A DNA stretch of 64,000 nucleotides, taken from contig JAEZLD010000048.1 in NCBI GenBank assembly GCA_023415335.1, positions 1 to 64,000 on the forward strand. The letters are read 5' to 3'. Of the stretch, positions 30,801-39,862 are shown in pieces. The first letter of the stretch is position 1. Each line of letters starts with the position of its first letter. Source of the DNA: Bacillota bacterium (GTDB taxonomy: Bacteria; Bacillota; Clostridia; Clostridiales; Caloramatoraceae). A program made the translations under genes and the position numbers. The notes beneath the pieces were generated by a model, which made no database searches, was not told the origin of the DNA, and worked only from the letters and a program-made list of their open reading frames with translations.

Positions 30801-33800
30801 GTCTGAGGAAATATTATTGAGTTTAACAGAAAGTGAATCTAGCCTTTCCTCTAAAAGTACACTTACAGCAGATGCAATCTGTTCTAATTGGTCAGAATGA
30901 ACATCCTTATTGCTTAAGATATTAATAAGAACTTCGGGCACTCCAGTTTCTCCAAAGCAATTCTTCAACTTTCGGACCATATCAAAGGCATCTAACAAGC
31001 TTTGCCACGGGGTATCCACATCATCATAACGTGAACCCAAAACCACATCAAAACGATGCTTATTTTCTTCAAACCATAGCTGTTCTGCTTTGAATGCCTT
31101 GATTTGCTGTAGCAGGGAAATAATCATTGCATCATTGATTTTTCCACCGATTGTTCTGCAAACAGCTCGAATAGTTTTAATGTCCTCTTTGTATGCTGCT
31201 TTGAATATCTTAAAGAAATTCACATACTCTGTTTTGAAACGCAACAGCATTCCGTCAACATCGATTTTGAAGACATCTTCTTCCCATTGATCCAAAATAG
31301 CTTTTTTGATACCCAGGTATGTTTGTGCATGGGACTGTCCTTGGGTAATCAATTTTTTAGCCTCGGCTGCTATCTCGTCATTAAACCATTCACGCTTAAC
31401 GGTATTTGTGTTAAGCACAGCCCTGGCAACAGCTCCTGTCTCTTTGATTGCATTGAAGTTTTCACCAAAATTGATACCTAACATAGATTTTATACATACA
31501 TAAGCGTTATACACTTCATTCCATTCTTGTTCAAGTGAATTTGCGTATACTTTAAGCTGGCTAATGCCTCCAATAATGTCTGCTTCGGAAGACTTTTTAT
31601 AGTTACCGCACTTTCTGATGTTGTCTAGTGATTCTCGGACAGAATCTATCCAAGCCTGTAAATCTTCATCCAAAATACTCTCCACAAACAAAGCTTTCAC
31701 TTTGTCAAGGCATGCCAAATACTGCTGCTGTTTTTCTTTTTCTTCTACAGCAACAGTGCGAAGTTTATGACGCCGCTGGACCTGTGCCCATTCCTCAGGG
31801 AACAACGGAGCGACAACAAACATTTCCAAAAACTCCGCCATCTTTTTGGCCCCACTAAGGGTACGTTCTCCAGACAGGCCGAGACGGGCATGAATTTCAT
31901 GTAGAGTGTCATTAAGCTTTGCAAGCTGGTCTTCGAGCAAGTGGGTTTTTTGTATAAAACTGTTTTTTAAGCTTTGACTTGCTTGGGTAATTGTTGTTCC
32001 GTTCCACGGATGTTCTTCTAGCTTCATTCCCAGCGCTAAAAGAGCTTTTTCCATATTTGCAACACAATACATCATGGCATTATATTGGGAAGAAGTCACA
32101 GAATGAATATCGTCAATTTCAAACTGGATTTCCGGAACAGAATCCAAAATAGAATATTTACCAAAGGCGGTATATAAGCTTTCTCCCAATGGTTCAATTT
32201 CACTGTGGAGCTCTTCTGCATATGCATTAAGATGTTTGCGATCATGGAAAAGTTCATCCAGCTCTATAACAACAGAATCCTTAACTCTCTGGTGCGGAAG
32301 TTTTAGGTTGGCTCCAATGTTTTCCAGAATATCTTTTTTGTTTGCTTTGTGGCTATGGAGAGCTAAGCAGAAATCCTCCAGTTGCACTTCAGTTAATCTC
32401 TTCAAAACAACTTGAAGGGCGGCGGCCTTTTCAGAAACAAACAAGATTTTCTTTCCATCAGCCAATCCTTCGGCAATAATATTAGTAATTGTCTGACTCT
32501 TGCCTGTACCAGGAGGGCCTTGCATAACGAAGCTAACCCCCATCTTAGATAGTAAAATTGCTTCTTGCTGACTTGAGTCTGCGTTAACCACTTGATACCA
32601 ATCGCGGGGTGAAACATCATCAAAGGCAAAATTCTGATATGATGCAGGAATTTGATTTGCTGAAGATACATCTCCCGCGATAGCCCTCAAAGTAGGACTA
32701 CTCATCATTCGGGCACGGTGATTGTTGAGATCATGGTACATGCTGATCTTCAAAAAGGACAACAAACCCATGCTCACTTCACGGATAATTTTCCATCCTC
32801 GCTTGTCAACAATCTCTTCAATCTGCTGCAAATATTGCTGGATTGATGACTCATCCTTCAACTCAAATGTAGGCAAATCTAAACCATACTGCTCGTTGAA
32901 CAAATAGTCCAGCGTAGGATTTACCTCAATTTCGTCATCATACCGACTCAGTGTGTACGGAGAGTGTATGGATTCTAATCCAAGTGTTACCGGCATCATC
33001 AGTAATGGAGATTTGAGCCATGGAGAAGAATCCTTGCTATTTTCTTTCCACTCGACAAAACCAAATGATATGTACAAAATGTTTGTACCTTGTTCATCCT
33101 TGGCTAACTTAGCTTTATTTCTTATATTGCGTAGTGTTCTTTGCCTTTCGACAATAGAGCCTTCCGTTTTAATGTCTCCAACATGAACAGGGAGAGGATA
33201 AGACAATGTTTCCAGCAACGAAAGAACAGAAAATGTTCTTAAATCCGAATCCTTATCAATCGGTCTTTGGAATGTAAGTTCCTCTTCACCAATAGCCAAT
33301 CTGTTAAACAGTTCAGAAAAACCCGGTTCAATAATCCGCAAAGTGGAAAGTTTTGTCTCTCGATAATTAATCATTCGATTGCGCTTACCAAGATCCAATA
33401 GCTGATGCTTCCAAAAATCAATTCGTTTATCTAATGTTTCCAGATCATCTGCTCTAACATGGATACCATCCATTGCATCAGGAAGTTTTTTTCCATCAAA
33501 AGCATTTTCAACATGCTCAACACTTGCTTCTCCCCTCTGAGTTGACTCCACCGTTGACGTTATTGTTTCAACTGGAGAATCATTTCTTACCACTCGTCCC
33601 TCTGGAGCAAAGTTTTCTGTTTTGCCTGCTTCGACAGCAGCCTGCTGCGTCTGAGTAGTAGACGCAGGAACTGGAGTAGATTCAACAGCTCGAACCGGAA
33701 CCTGGTTTTGTTGTGCTCTCACTTCGTTTATCCTCTTTGCACTCAAATAATTCTCTTTGGCAGCATCGTTGTAAGATGCTGGGTTGGATGAATACCGGCT

Positions 33801-34013
33801 GAACGCTGATACCCATTGTGTATTCCCCAAAGTAGAGCAACGCGTAAAAGCGTTGTTGCAAACAGGACAAGTATGAGGTTTTGCCAAATTTATATAACTG
33901 TTATTAGAAAATCCATTAGCAATAATTTGTCTACTTATTCTTGCACAAATAGGGCAAATGACCGTAGGAACTCTTGAACCGTTTGAACAATTTAAGATGA
34001 TTAAATCCACCAT
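27855..34013 (-). CDS. Giant (2052 aa) zinc-ribbon + DUF4011 + SF1 (Upf1/DNA2-like) helicase + DUF3320 + DUF559/Vsr-like PD-(D/E)xK nuclease protein (Hhe-like)
   Basis: It has Walker A 'VMQGPPGTGKSQTITNII' and motif II 'VIFDEASQ...GDTKQLPP'. The C-terminal nuclease region shows 'YRIDIAVVDRNDEDKYIAGIECDGYSYVSAHTARDRDH'. The N-terminus carries CPIC...CPVC ribbons. Confidence 0.85.
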   Translation of the reverse strand: MVDLIILNCSNGSRVPTVICPICARISRQIIANGFSNNSYINLAKPHTCPVCNNAFTRCSTLGNTQWVSAFSRYSSNPASYNDAAKENYLSAKRINEVRAQQNQVPVRAVESTPVPASTTQTQQAAVEAGKTENFAPEGRVVRNDSPVETITSTVESTQRGEASVEHVENAFDGKKLPDAMDGIHVRADDLETLDKRIDFWKHQLLDLGKRNRMINYRETKLSTLRIIEPGFSELFNRLAIGEEELTFQRPIDKDSDLRTFSVLSLLETLSYPLPVHVGDIKTEGSIVERQRTLRNIRNKAKLAKDEQGTNILYISFGFVEWKENSKDSSPWLKSPLLMMPVTLGLESIHSPYTLSRYDDEIEVNPTLDYLFNEQYGLDLPTFELKDESSIQQYLQQIEEIVDKRGWKIIREVSMGLLSFLKISMYHDLNNHRARMMSSPTLRAIAGDVSSANQIPASYQNFAFDDVSPRDWYQVVNADSSQQEAILLSKMGVSFVMQGPPGTGKSQTITNIIAEGLADGKKILFVSEKAAALQVVLKRLTEVQLEDFCLALHSHKANKKDILENIGANLKLPHQRVKDSVVIELDELFHDRKHLNAYAEELHSEIEPLGESLYTAFGKYSILDSVPEIQFEIDDIHSVTSSQYNAMMYCVANMEKALLALGMKLEEHPWNGTTITQASQSLKNSFIQKTHLLEDQLAKLNDTLHEIHARLGLSGERTLSGAKKMAEFLEMFVVAPLFPEEWAQVQRRHKLRTVAVEEKEKQQQYLACLDKVKALFVESILDEDLQAWIDSVRESLDNIRKCGNYKKSSEADIIGGISQLKVYANSLEQEWNEVYNAYVCIKSMLGINFGENFNAIKETGAVARAVLNTNTVKREWFNDEIAAEAKKLITQGQSHAQTYLGIKKAILDQWEEDVFKIDVDGMLLRFKTEYVNFFKIFKAAYKEDIKTIRAVCRTIGGKINDAMIISLLQQIKAFKAEQLWFEENKHRFDVVLGSRYDDVDTPWQSLLDAFDMVRKLKNCFGETGVPEVLINILSNKDVHSDQLEQIASAVSVLLEERLDSLSVKLNNISSDFKDPVFATTNDEILQRILFLSKHTNGLNSSVEYIRRFATCEDAMAELVENINTANSARNYRLSLAQNEDSLVFLFGERYAGIDTKWAELIDDIEAVNSLFENNSFSIAAPGFIRTYCNSEAERNNLEAATTDIRLLLAPVEEPISYFASLFEYGASLQQSEIARINEKVSACRSNVNSLDQWIDYRETTAECVNAGLKKYVDLISEGVVPASEIKACFEKQFYKLWITMAMDKSPAVQSFRRRTQEAKLERFVELDTKQLSVAQMRIREKIISRFPDTNRVTTAKDELQVLQREMGKKRRIMPLRMLFRSIPNLLLTLKPCLMMSPLSVAYFLEADSYQFDMVIFDEASQIFPQDAIGAIFRGKQVIIAGDTKQLPPTNFFATSTSNDSDAFDSDDEYEDIVYDSILEETASVLPNRTLLWHYRSKHEHLIAFSNQEIYKNELVTFPSSVEHEEDCGVEFEYVEDGYYEGGGRNCNVAEAKRCVELIKKHIDKHPDRSLGIIAFSEKQQQQISLEVQRFREQNPEYEFFFKEGNEEEFFVKNLENVQGDERDTIFFSICYAQTKDQKESGRPMHMRFGPLGHQGGERRLNVAITRAKRNIKLISSILPSDIDLSRTESEGIRMLRSYIEFAMNGAVALASSRNVQGQDRFVDMVGEFVEKNGYTIKKYVGCSGYRIDIAVVDRNDEDKYIAGIECDGYSYVSAHTARDRDHLRRSVLNSMGWNMYRVWSAEWYINPEVEGAKLLSFIQDASEHTAVKIEEPEQKKLLQEDLSSMVEEVTEESYKGTQNRGGINCDEDNPYGFERYVEANWWDAPMPNTYDNMTEVLTRIVYIVGIEQPIHKDLLYQRMAGAFGNQKVTSLVRRMVDMAMNTTAGRQRLEIKDDFVTLKGFDNLKVRIPEDGYNQRAINLISTDELGLAMIAVASNTFGLSTKALIEETTRAIGYSRRGEKINVAMARALEKLIANEKINVIDDKVTVVGGV

Positions 34014-34070
34014 ATTAATACCTCATCACCTCTAAAAAAATGGTTCTTATTGTTGTAATCAATCAGAAAA

Positions 34071-34277
34071 CTAATCGTTCTCTATGACTTCCATCAAGTC
34101 TCCTAGGTCACAATGAAAAATCTTACAAAGGCGAAGCATGACTTCCATTGAAACGACGCGGTCTTGATTAAGTTTTGTCATAGTATATTGCGAAAGTTCA
34201 GCCGCCTTCGCAAGTTCACTTTTTTTCATTTTGTTAGTTATCATAATAGTCCACAGTTTATCATATCTAACTATCAT
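34071..34277 (-). CDS. XRE-family HTH transcriptional regulator (68 aa; internal Met start preferred)
   Basis: 'MITNKMKKSELAKAAELSQYTMTKLNQDRVVSMEVMLRLCKIF' is a Cro/CI-type HTH. An AGGAGG lies upstream of the ATG at 34277. Confidence 0.7.
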   Translation of the reverse strand: MIVRYDKLWTIMITNKMKKSELAKAAELSQYTMTKLNQDRVVSMEVMLRLCKIFHCDLGDLMEVIEND

Positions 34278-34332
34278 GCTCTTCCTCCTATATGTAAAAT
34301 TTAATCTACTTTCAGCTAGATACAAAAATACA

Positions 34333-34347
34333 TGATATAGTATATCA
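34333..34347. promoter_or_regulatory. Perfect palindrome TGATATA-G-TATATCA in the XRE promoter region (candidate operator)
   Basis: It is a 7-bp inverted repeat ~55 nt upstream of the XRE start. Confidence 0.35.
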
Positions 34348-34623
34348 CAGTTCTCGTAAAGCTTCAATGTATTTTATCGAACTAACAAGAATTACACTAG
34401 AATGTGTCGATTTAAATCATCACCTAAAGTGAAAACATCCCACACCAGGCCGCGAAAACCCAGTGCGGGGTGCAAGGTCTTAATATGCCGGGATACCGTA
34501 TCCCAGGATCTCATAATGTCCGACCCCATAGCTGCGCTGTGCACAGGAATCGCCGGAGTCGCCCTCAGCGGTGTAAACTCAACAGTTATCGATAGTTTTA
34601 GCTTCAGTACAAAATAAAAATAG

Positions 34624-34662
34624 GCAAAAAAATAGAACCCCATGAGTTCTCGACTCATAGGG
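34624..34662 (-). terminator. Rho-independent terminator downstream of lysS
   Basis: The minus strand reads CCCTATGAGT-cgaga-ACTCATGGGG followed by TTCTATTTTTTT. Confidence 0.5.
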
Positions 34663-34833
34663 CTCTCACTGCATTTAGTTTTCATTTAGTGCAAGCGATT
34701 GCGATTTGCATGTTTTTGTCGTGAATACCGGCGACAAAATGGAGAGGTTTGGAGAAAAAATTGGATAGTCACCACACCATATCGCAAAATCAATCGCAAT
34801 AAACCGTTATAAGGGGACCTGCAGGGACTTAAT

Positions 34834-36360
34834 TTAGTCCAAAGGCTTCATGGTAGGGAACAGCAATACGTCCCTTATGGAATAGGAATCTGTAAGGAAC
34901 ATCACAAGTCTGTCTATACCTATTCCCAGACCTCCGGTAGGAGGCATTCCTATCTCCAGGGAGTTTACGAAATCATCATCCATTGCATATGCTTCGTCGT
35001 CTCCCAGCTCCTTTTCATTAGCCTGCTGCTGGAATCTTTCCAGCTGGTCTATTGGGTCGTTAAGCTCTGAATAGGCATTACCCAGTTCCCTTGCAAACAC
35101 AAAGGCCTCAAACCTTTCGGTAAGCTCTGGGTGACCCTTTTTCTTCTTTGTAAGAGGCGAAACCTCTATTGGATAATCTAAAATAAAGGTTGGTTGTATC
35201 AGGTGCTCCTCAGCGTATGCCTCAAAGGCTGCATTTAATAGATCTCCCTTGGAGCAGTCTCCAAGCTTCTTCTTCAGCTCATCTAATACCTTTGGAAGCT
35301 GCTTTTTAACAACCTCTCTTGCTTCATCATCTGTCTTTATCTCGTTAAAGTCCACACCTGCATACTGCTTTACTGCATCATGCATGGTAAGCCTTCGCCA
35401 AGGCGGCTTAAAGTCAATCTCAGTACCCTGGTAGGTTATCTTGGTAGTTCCATTAACCTCTGTGCAGCAATATGCACACATGTTTTCCATAAGCTCCATC
35501 ATTCCATTATAGTCTGTATATGCCTCATATAGCTCTATCATGGTAAACTCAGGGTTATGCCTTATATCTATTCCTTCATTTCTGAAGTCCTTACCTATTT
35601 CATAAACCCTTTCAAAGCCTCCAACTATAAGCCTCTTCAGGTAAAGCTCGGTGGCTATCCTTAGGTGTAGGTCTATATCCAAGGCATTGCTGTGGGTCAT
35701 AAAGGGCCTTGCAGCAGCTCCACTGGCAATAGTGGAAAGTATTGGTGTCTCAACCTCTATATAATTTCTGTCGTCCAGGAACTTTCTTATAGCCTTTATT
35801 ATCTGGGTTCTCTTATAGAAGGTATCCCTTACCTCAGGATTCACTATAAGATCCACATATCTCTGCCTGTACCTTAAATCAGGGTCCTTAAGTCCATGCC
35901 ACTTCTCCGGAAGAGGCTTTAAGGATTTGGTAAGCAAAACAAAGTCCTTAACATGTATGGATATTTCCCCAGTCTTTGTCTTAAATACCATGCCTTCAAC
36001 ACCGATAATATCTCCCAGATCCAACGTTTTAAAAAACTTAAGCTTTTCCTCACCTACATCATCAATTTTAATATACATCTGAAGCTTTCCATATCTGTCA
36101 TGTATATCACTGAAGCCGGCCTTTCCATGAACCCTCTTGGACATAAGCCTTCCAGCAACCCTTACATCCTTACCCTCAAGCTCCTCATAGTTATCCTTTA
36201 CATCCTTTGAGGTGTGGGTTCTATCATACTTAACTATCTCAAATGGGTCCTGGTCTTTATTCTTCAACTCATCCAGCTTCTGCCTTCTCTGCATTATAAG
36301 CTCATTGTATTCATTCTCGAGCTTTTCTATTTCCACCTGATTTAATTCATCATTTGCCAT
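34834..36360 (-). CDS. lysS: Lysine--tRNA ligase (class II)
   Basis: It is full-length LysRS with an OB anticodon-binding domain and class II motifs ('FRNEGID', '[10 protein letters not shown]'). Confidence 0.95.
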   Translation of the reverse strand: MANDELNQVEIEKLENEYNELIMQRRQKLDELKNKDQDPFEIVKYDRTHTSKDVKDNYEELEGKDVRVAGRLMSKRVHGKAGFSDIHDRYGKLQMYIKIDDVGEEKLKFFKTLDLGDIIGVEGMVFKTKTGEISIHVKDFVLLTKSLKPLPEKWHGLKDPDLRYRQRYVDLIVNPEVRDTFYKRTQIIKAIRKFLDDRNYIEVETPILSTIASGAAARPFMTHSNALDIDLHLRIATELYLKRLIVGGFERVYEIGKDFRNEGIDIRHNPEFTMIELYEAYTDYNGMMELMENMCAYCCTEVNGTTKITYQGTEIDFKPPWRRLTMHDAVKQYAGVDFNEIKTDDEAREVVKKQLPKVLDELKKKLGDCSKGDLLNAAFEAYAEEHLIQPTFILDYPIEVSPLTKKKKGHPELTERFEAFVFARELGNAYSELNDPIDQLERFQQQANEKELGDDEAYAMDDDFVNSLEIGMPPTGGLGIGIDRLVMFLTDSYSIRDVLLFPTMKPLD

Positions 36361-36396
36361 ATTGTACCCCCGGTTATTTATTTGCCTTTATGGTCT

Positions 36397-36900
36397 CTAC
36401 TTTCTCTTGATTTCAAGAACCTTAAACTTTCTTATTCCTTCTGGAACCTGTATTTCAACAATTTCTCCAACCTTGTGTCCTAAAAGTCCTCTTCCTATTG
36501 GTGACTCATTGGATATTTTCATCTGGATGGGGTCAGCCTCAGCAGAGCCAACTATAGTAATCTCCATCTCATCATCGTACTCTATCTCATTAACCCTTGT
36601 AGTTGCTCCTACGGAAATAACATCCGTCTTAACATCATCCTCATCAATAATCTTCGCATTTTTAAGCATATTTTCAAGGGTTGCAATTCTTCCCTCAACA
36701 AATGCCTGCTCGTTTTTCGCCTCATCGTATTCTGAGTTCTCACTAAGATCTCCAAATGAAAGAGCAGTCTTTATCTTCTGGGTGACTTCCTTTCTCCTGA
36801 CTGTTTTAAGCTGTTCAAGCTCATCCTCAATCTTTTTTAATCCCTCATATGTAAGTATGACCTGCTTGCTGTTTTCGCTCATTTTACGAATCCCCTCCAT
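36397..36900 (-). CDS. greA: Transcription elongation factor GreA
   Basis: It has the N-terminal coiled coil '[17 protein letters not shown]' and a C-terminal FKBP-like domain. Confidence 0.95.
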   Translation of the reverse strand: MEGIRKMSENSKQVILTYEGLKKIEDELEQLKTVRRKEVTQKIKTALSFGDLSENSEYDEAKNEQAFVEGRIATLENMLKNAKIIDEDDVKTDVISVGATTRVNEIEYDDEMEITIVGSAEADPIQMKISNESPIGRGLLGHKVGEIVEIQVPEGIRKFKVLEIKRK

Positions 36901-37131
36901 TATTTTTTCGCAATTCCCTGATGTTACACAACAGAGATCATGGCGCTAGGCTTATTATAAGCTTGCTTTCTCAAGCATTTTTAATTATTTAACATATACA
37001 TAACTAATATAATATAAGCACTATAAAGGTTTCTTTACAGTGCTCTAAGCCTCCGATTCATTAGATGATATTATAAAGCACTACCAGTTTAATGTCAACA
37101 ATTTTATTGCTTGTATTATATATACTATGTA

Positions 37132-37914
37132 CTACCTTTTCAAAACAACCTTACCTTGCTGCATAATTGCATCAACAAAGAAGCCTTCTCTCTCTGCCAT
37201 ATTCCATATTCTATCCTTTCCAATGCATGACAGATATCCTTGTACAGCTTCCTCCCGCAGGCCCCCCATGTCTTTATAGGCAATACCTACATCATCAAAC
37301 CACCGGCCTGATTGCTTAGGCTTTGGAAACCTCATAAGAAGTGTTGGCCGGTCCTTAGTTAAAAGCTGTGTATAGTCATCATTGTCAGCTGCAAGTATCA
37401 CCGCATCAGCCCTTTCTGAGGCTTTTATAGGGTCCTCTACTACGGCTGCCGAAATTCCATACTCTATCATGGCCTTCTCCGCAATATCCATAAGCCTCCC
37501 TTTGTTTTCCTTGGTAACAAGAAGTATTCTTCTGGCTATAGGGCATAACAGTTTAAATGCACACATACCTTCGTAGGTAGCTCCATCTCCTATTACCACC
37601 TCGCCCAGCCTCAGGTCACAACCTAAGCTTACGCTGTAGTAATCCAGTGCCCTAATCAGCAAAGAATAGTAGCACAGTTTGGAATAGTTTATATTATAAT
37701 CCCTCGAAACTACTATCTTAGAAATTCTGCCTGCCATTTTCTTTGCCTGACGGAGTTTTAAAGCTTCATTTTCTTCAGATACATTTATCCAGGTATAGTC
37801 TATATCTTCAATACTATCCTTTATTGTTTCAGGTGGCAAAATATACCTTAGAAAGCTGCTTTTTCTTTTCCCCTCTGTGTATTTTTCCTTGGAGATAACG
37901 GCAAAGCCCTGCAT
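37132..37914 (-). CDS. Hypothetical protein (260 aa)
   Basis: It is an ORF between greA and dusB with no motif I recognise. Confidence 0.45.
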   Translation of the reverse strand: MQGFAVISKEKYTEGKRKSSFLRYILPPETIKDSIEDIDYTWINVSEENEALKLRQAKKMAGRISKIVVSRDYNINYSKLCYYSLLIRALDYYSVSLGCDLRLGEVVIGDGATYEGMCAFKLLCPIARRILLVTKENKGRLMDIAEKAMIEYGISAAVVEDPIKASERADAVILAADNDDYTQLLTKDRPTLLMRFPKPKQSGRWFDDVGIAYKDMGGLREEAVQGYLSCIGKDRIWNMAEREGFFVDAIMQQGKVVLKR

Positions 37915-37959
37915 GTTGTTCTTCCTGTCATTGCTATATAATAGAATATATGACGTAGT

Positions 37960-38928
37960 TTAATCATTATTCGTAGCTTTGTAATTCAACAGAAGCTTTC
38001 TTATCTGCTCCTCGTCCTCCAGTTTATTTATCTCTTGTCTCAGCTGTGCTGCCCCTTTCATTCCCTTTAGGTACCATCCCAGCTGTTTCCTCATTTCAAA
38101 CATTCCTTTATGACCCTTATTGCTACATACCATATCAAAATGCCTTAGTGCCATATCTATCCTCTCAGAAACAGATGGCTCGGGAATCAGCTCACCAGTG
38201 GTTAAATATGTGCAAACTCTTTTGAATATCCAAGGGTTCCCAAGGGCTCCTCTGCCAATCATTATTGCATCGCAGCCTGTTTCATCAAAAAGAGCCTTTG
38301 CCTCTAATGGTCCTGTCACATCTCCATTTCCAATAACAGGTATGGATACGGCTTTCTTCACCTTAGCAATTATATCCCAGTCAGCCCTGCCCTCATACAT
38401 CTGAGCCCTTGTCCTTCCGTGCACAGCAACTGCAGAGGCTCCAGAGTCTTCTATCATTCTGGCGAACTCTACTGCATTAACAGACTCCTCATCCCAGCCC
38501 TTTCTTATTTTAACGGTAACCGGCACCCTGGAGTTCTTTACCACGCTGCTTATCACCTGGCTTGCTAGCTTAGGATTTTTCATAAGTGCCGATCCATCAC
38601 AGTTCTTTATTACCTTCGGGGCAGGGCATCCCATGTTTATATCCACAATAGCGACCTTAGGATCAAGACTTACCTGGGCAGCAGTTTTTCCCATGACCTC
38701 AGGGTCCGAGCCGAATATCTGAAGGGCAGCAGGAGCTTCTCTTTCGTCTATGTCCATAAGTTTTTCTGTTTTCTGACTTGAATAATATAATCCTTTGGAG
38801 CTTACCATTTCAGTATACACCAGCCCGCAACCCATCTCTTTGCATAAAACCCTGAAGGTCTTGTCTGTAACACCCGCCATAGGGGCAAGAAAAATATTGT
38901 TTGATGGTATGTATTTACCTATTTTCAT
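37960..38928 (-). CDS. dusB: tRNA-dihydrouridine synthase
   Basis: It has 'LAPMAGVTD', 'DINMGCPAPKV' and 'HGRTRAQMY'. Confidence 0.9.
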   Translation of the reverse strand: MKIGKYIPSNNIFLAPMAGVTDKTFRVLCKEMGCGLVYTEMVSSKGLYYSSQKTEKLMDIDEREAPAALQIFGSDPEVMGKTAAQVSLDPKVAIVDINMGCPAPKVIKNCDGSALMKNPKLASQVISSVVKNSRVPVTVKIRKGWDEESVNAVEFARMIEDSGASAVAVHGRTRAQMYEGRADWDIIAKVKKAVSIPVIGNGDVTGPLEAKALFDETGCDAIMIGRGALGNPWIFKRVCTYLTTGELIPEPSVSERIDMALRHFDMVCSNKGHKGMFEMRKQLGWYLKGMKGAAQLRQEINKLEDEEQIRKLLLNYKATNND

Positions 38929-38936
38929 GCTATCAC

Positions 38937-39713
38937 CTATCTGTTCTTTTCATAAAGTATTCTTAGTCCCTCTAATGTAAGGAAAGGATGAACCTCATTT
39001 ATAGTAGTGCTTTCTGATGCTATCATCTTTGCCATACCTCCAGTTGCAACCACATAAGGCTCCTTTTCTCCTAAGCCCTTCATTTCCTCCTTCATTCTTC
39101 CTACAATATAGTCTACCTGTCCTATATATCCATACACAATTCCAGCCTGCATACTCTGTATTGTATTTTTGCAGATTACATTTTGGGGCTTAACTATATC
39201 AATCCTTGGGAGCTTGGCAGCCTTTGCAAACAGTGATTCGGCGGCAATTTTTACACCAGGGACTATGGCCCCACCGTAATAGTCTCCATTTTCACCAACT
39301 GCACAGAAGGTTGTGGCCGTTCCCATATCTATTATAACCAATGGGCGCTTATAAATTTCTATTGCAGCTACAGCATTCACAATCCTGTCTGCTCCCACCT
39401 CTCTGGGGTTATCATATTTAATATTAATTCCAGTTTTAACCCCAGGGCCGACTACAATAGGCATAAGCTTAAAGTATTTCCTTATACCATGTTCAAGAGA
39501 ATACATTATGTTAGGCACTACGGAGGAAACTATTACTGCCTCCACCTTCTTATAGTCAAGCTCAGACCTTTGGAACAGCTCCAATATAAGTATTCCAAAC
39601 TCATCTGCAGTCCTGCTTTCACCTGTTGAAAGCCTCCAGTCCGCCATAAGCTTTTTCCCCTCATAAACTCCCGCTACAATATTTGTGTTTCCCACATCGA
39701 AAACTAAAAGCAT
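38937..39713 (-). CDS. coaX: Type III pantothenate kinase
   Basis: '[16 protein letters not shown]' and the ASKHA fold. Confidence 0.9.
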   Translation of the reverse strand: MLLVFDVGNTNIVAGVYEGKKLMADWRLSTGESRTADEFGILILELFQRSELDYKKVEAVIVSSVVPNIMYSLEHGIRKYFKLMPIVVGPGVKTGINIKYDNPREVGADRIVNAVAAIEIYKRPLVIIDMGTATTFCAVGENGDYYGGAIVPGVKIAAESLFAKAAKLPRIDIVKPQNVICKNTIQSMQAGIVYGYIGQVDYIVGRMKEEMKGLGEKEPYVVATGGMAKMIASESTTINEVHPFLTLEGLRILYEKNR

Positions 39714-39862
39714 TTTATCACTCCCATTACCTTTCTTCTATATGAATCTTCCATCCCTATATCATTAAAGTCTTCAGACCATAAACTGTTTCCCAGCTTT
39801 AATGCCCGCTTTGATGCAGGCATTTTAATAATAACATATATTATATTCATAATATATCAGAT

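Noticed and set aside
34392-34685. Opposed 97-aa and 71-aa ORFs
   Set aside because: They have no RBS, and the sequence is hairpin-dense and GC-skewed relative to the surrounding coding sequence. It is more likely non-coding RNA or relic (see finding).
36362-36949. 195-aa plus-strand ORF
   Set aside because: It is antisense to a full-length greA with strong homology, and its product is low-complexity Ser/Leu-rich. The many plus-strand ORFs inside the giant helicase gene, ftsH, spoIIE and the SPFH gene (28089-29756, 42286-43787, 46101-46804, 1265-2109) are rejected for the same reason.
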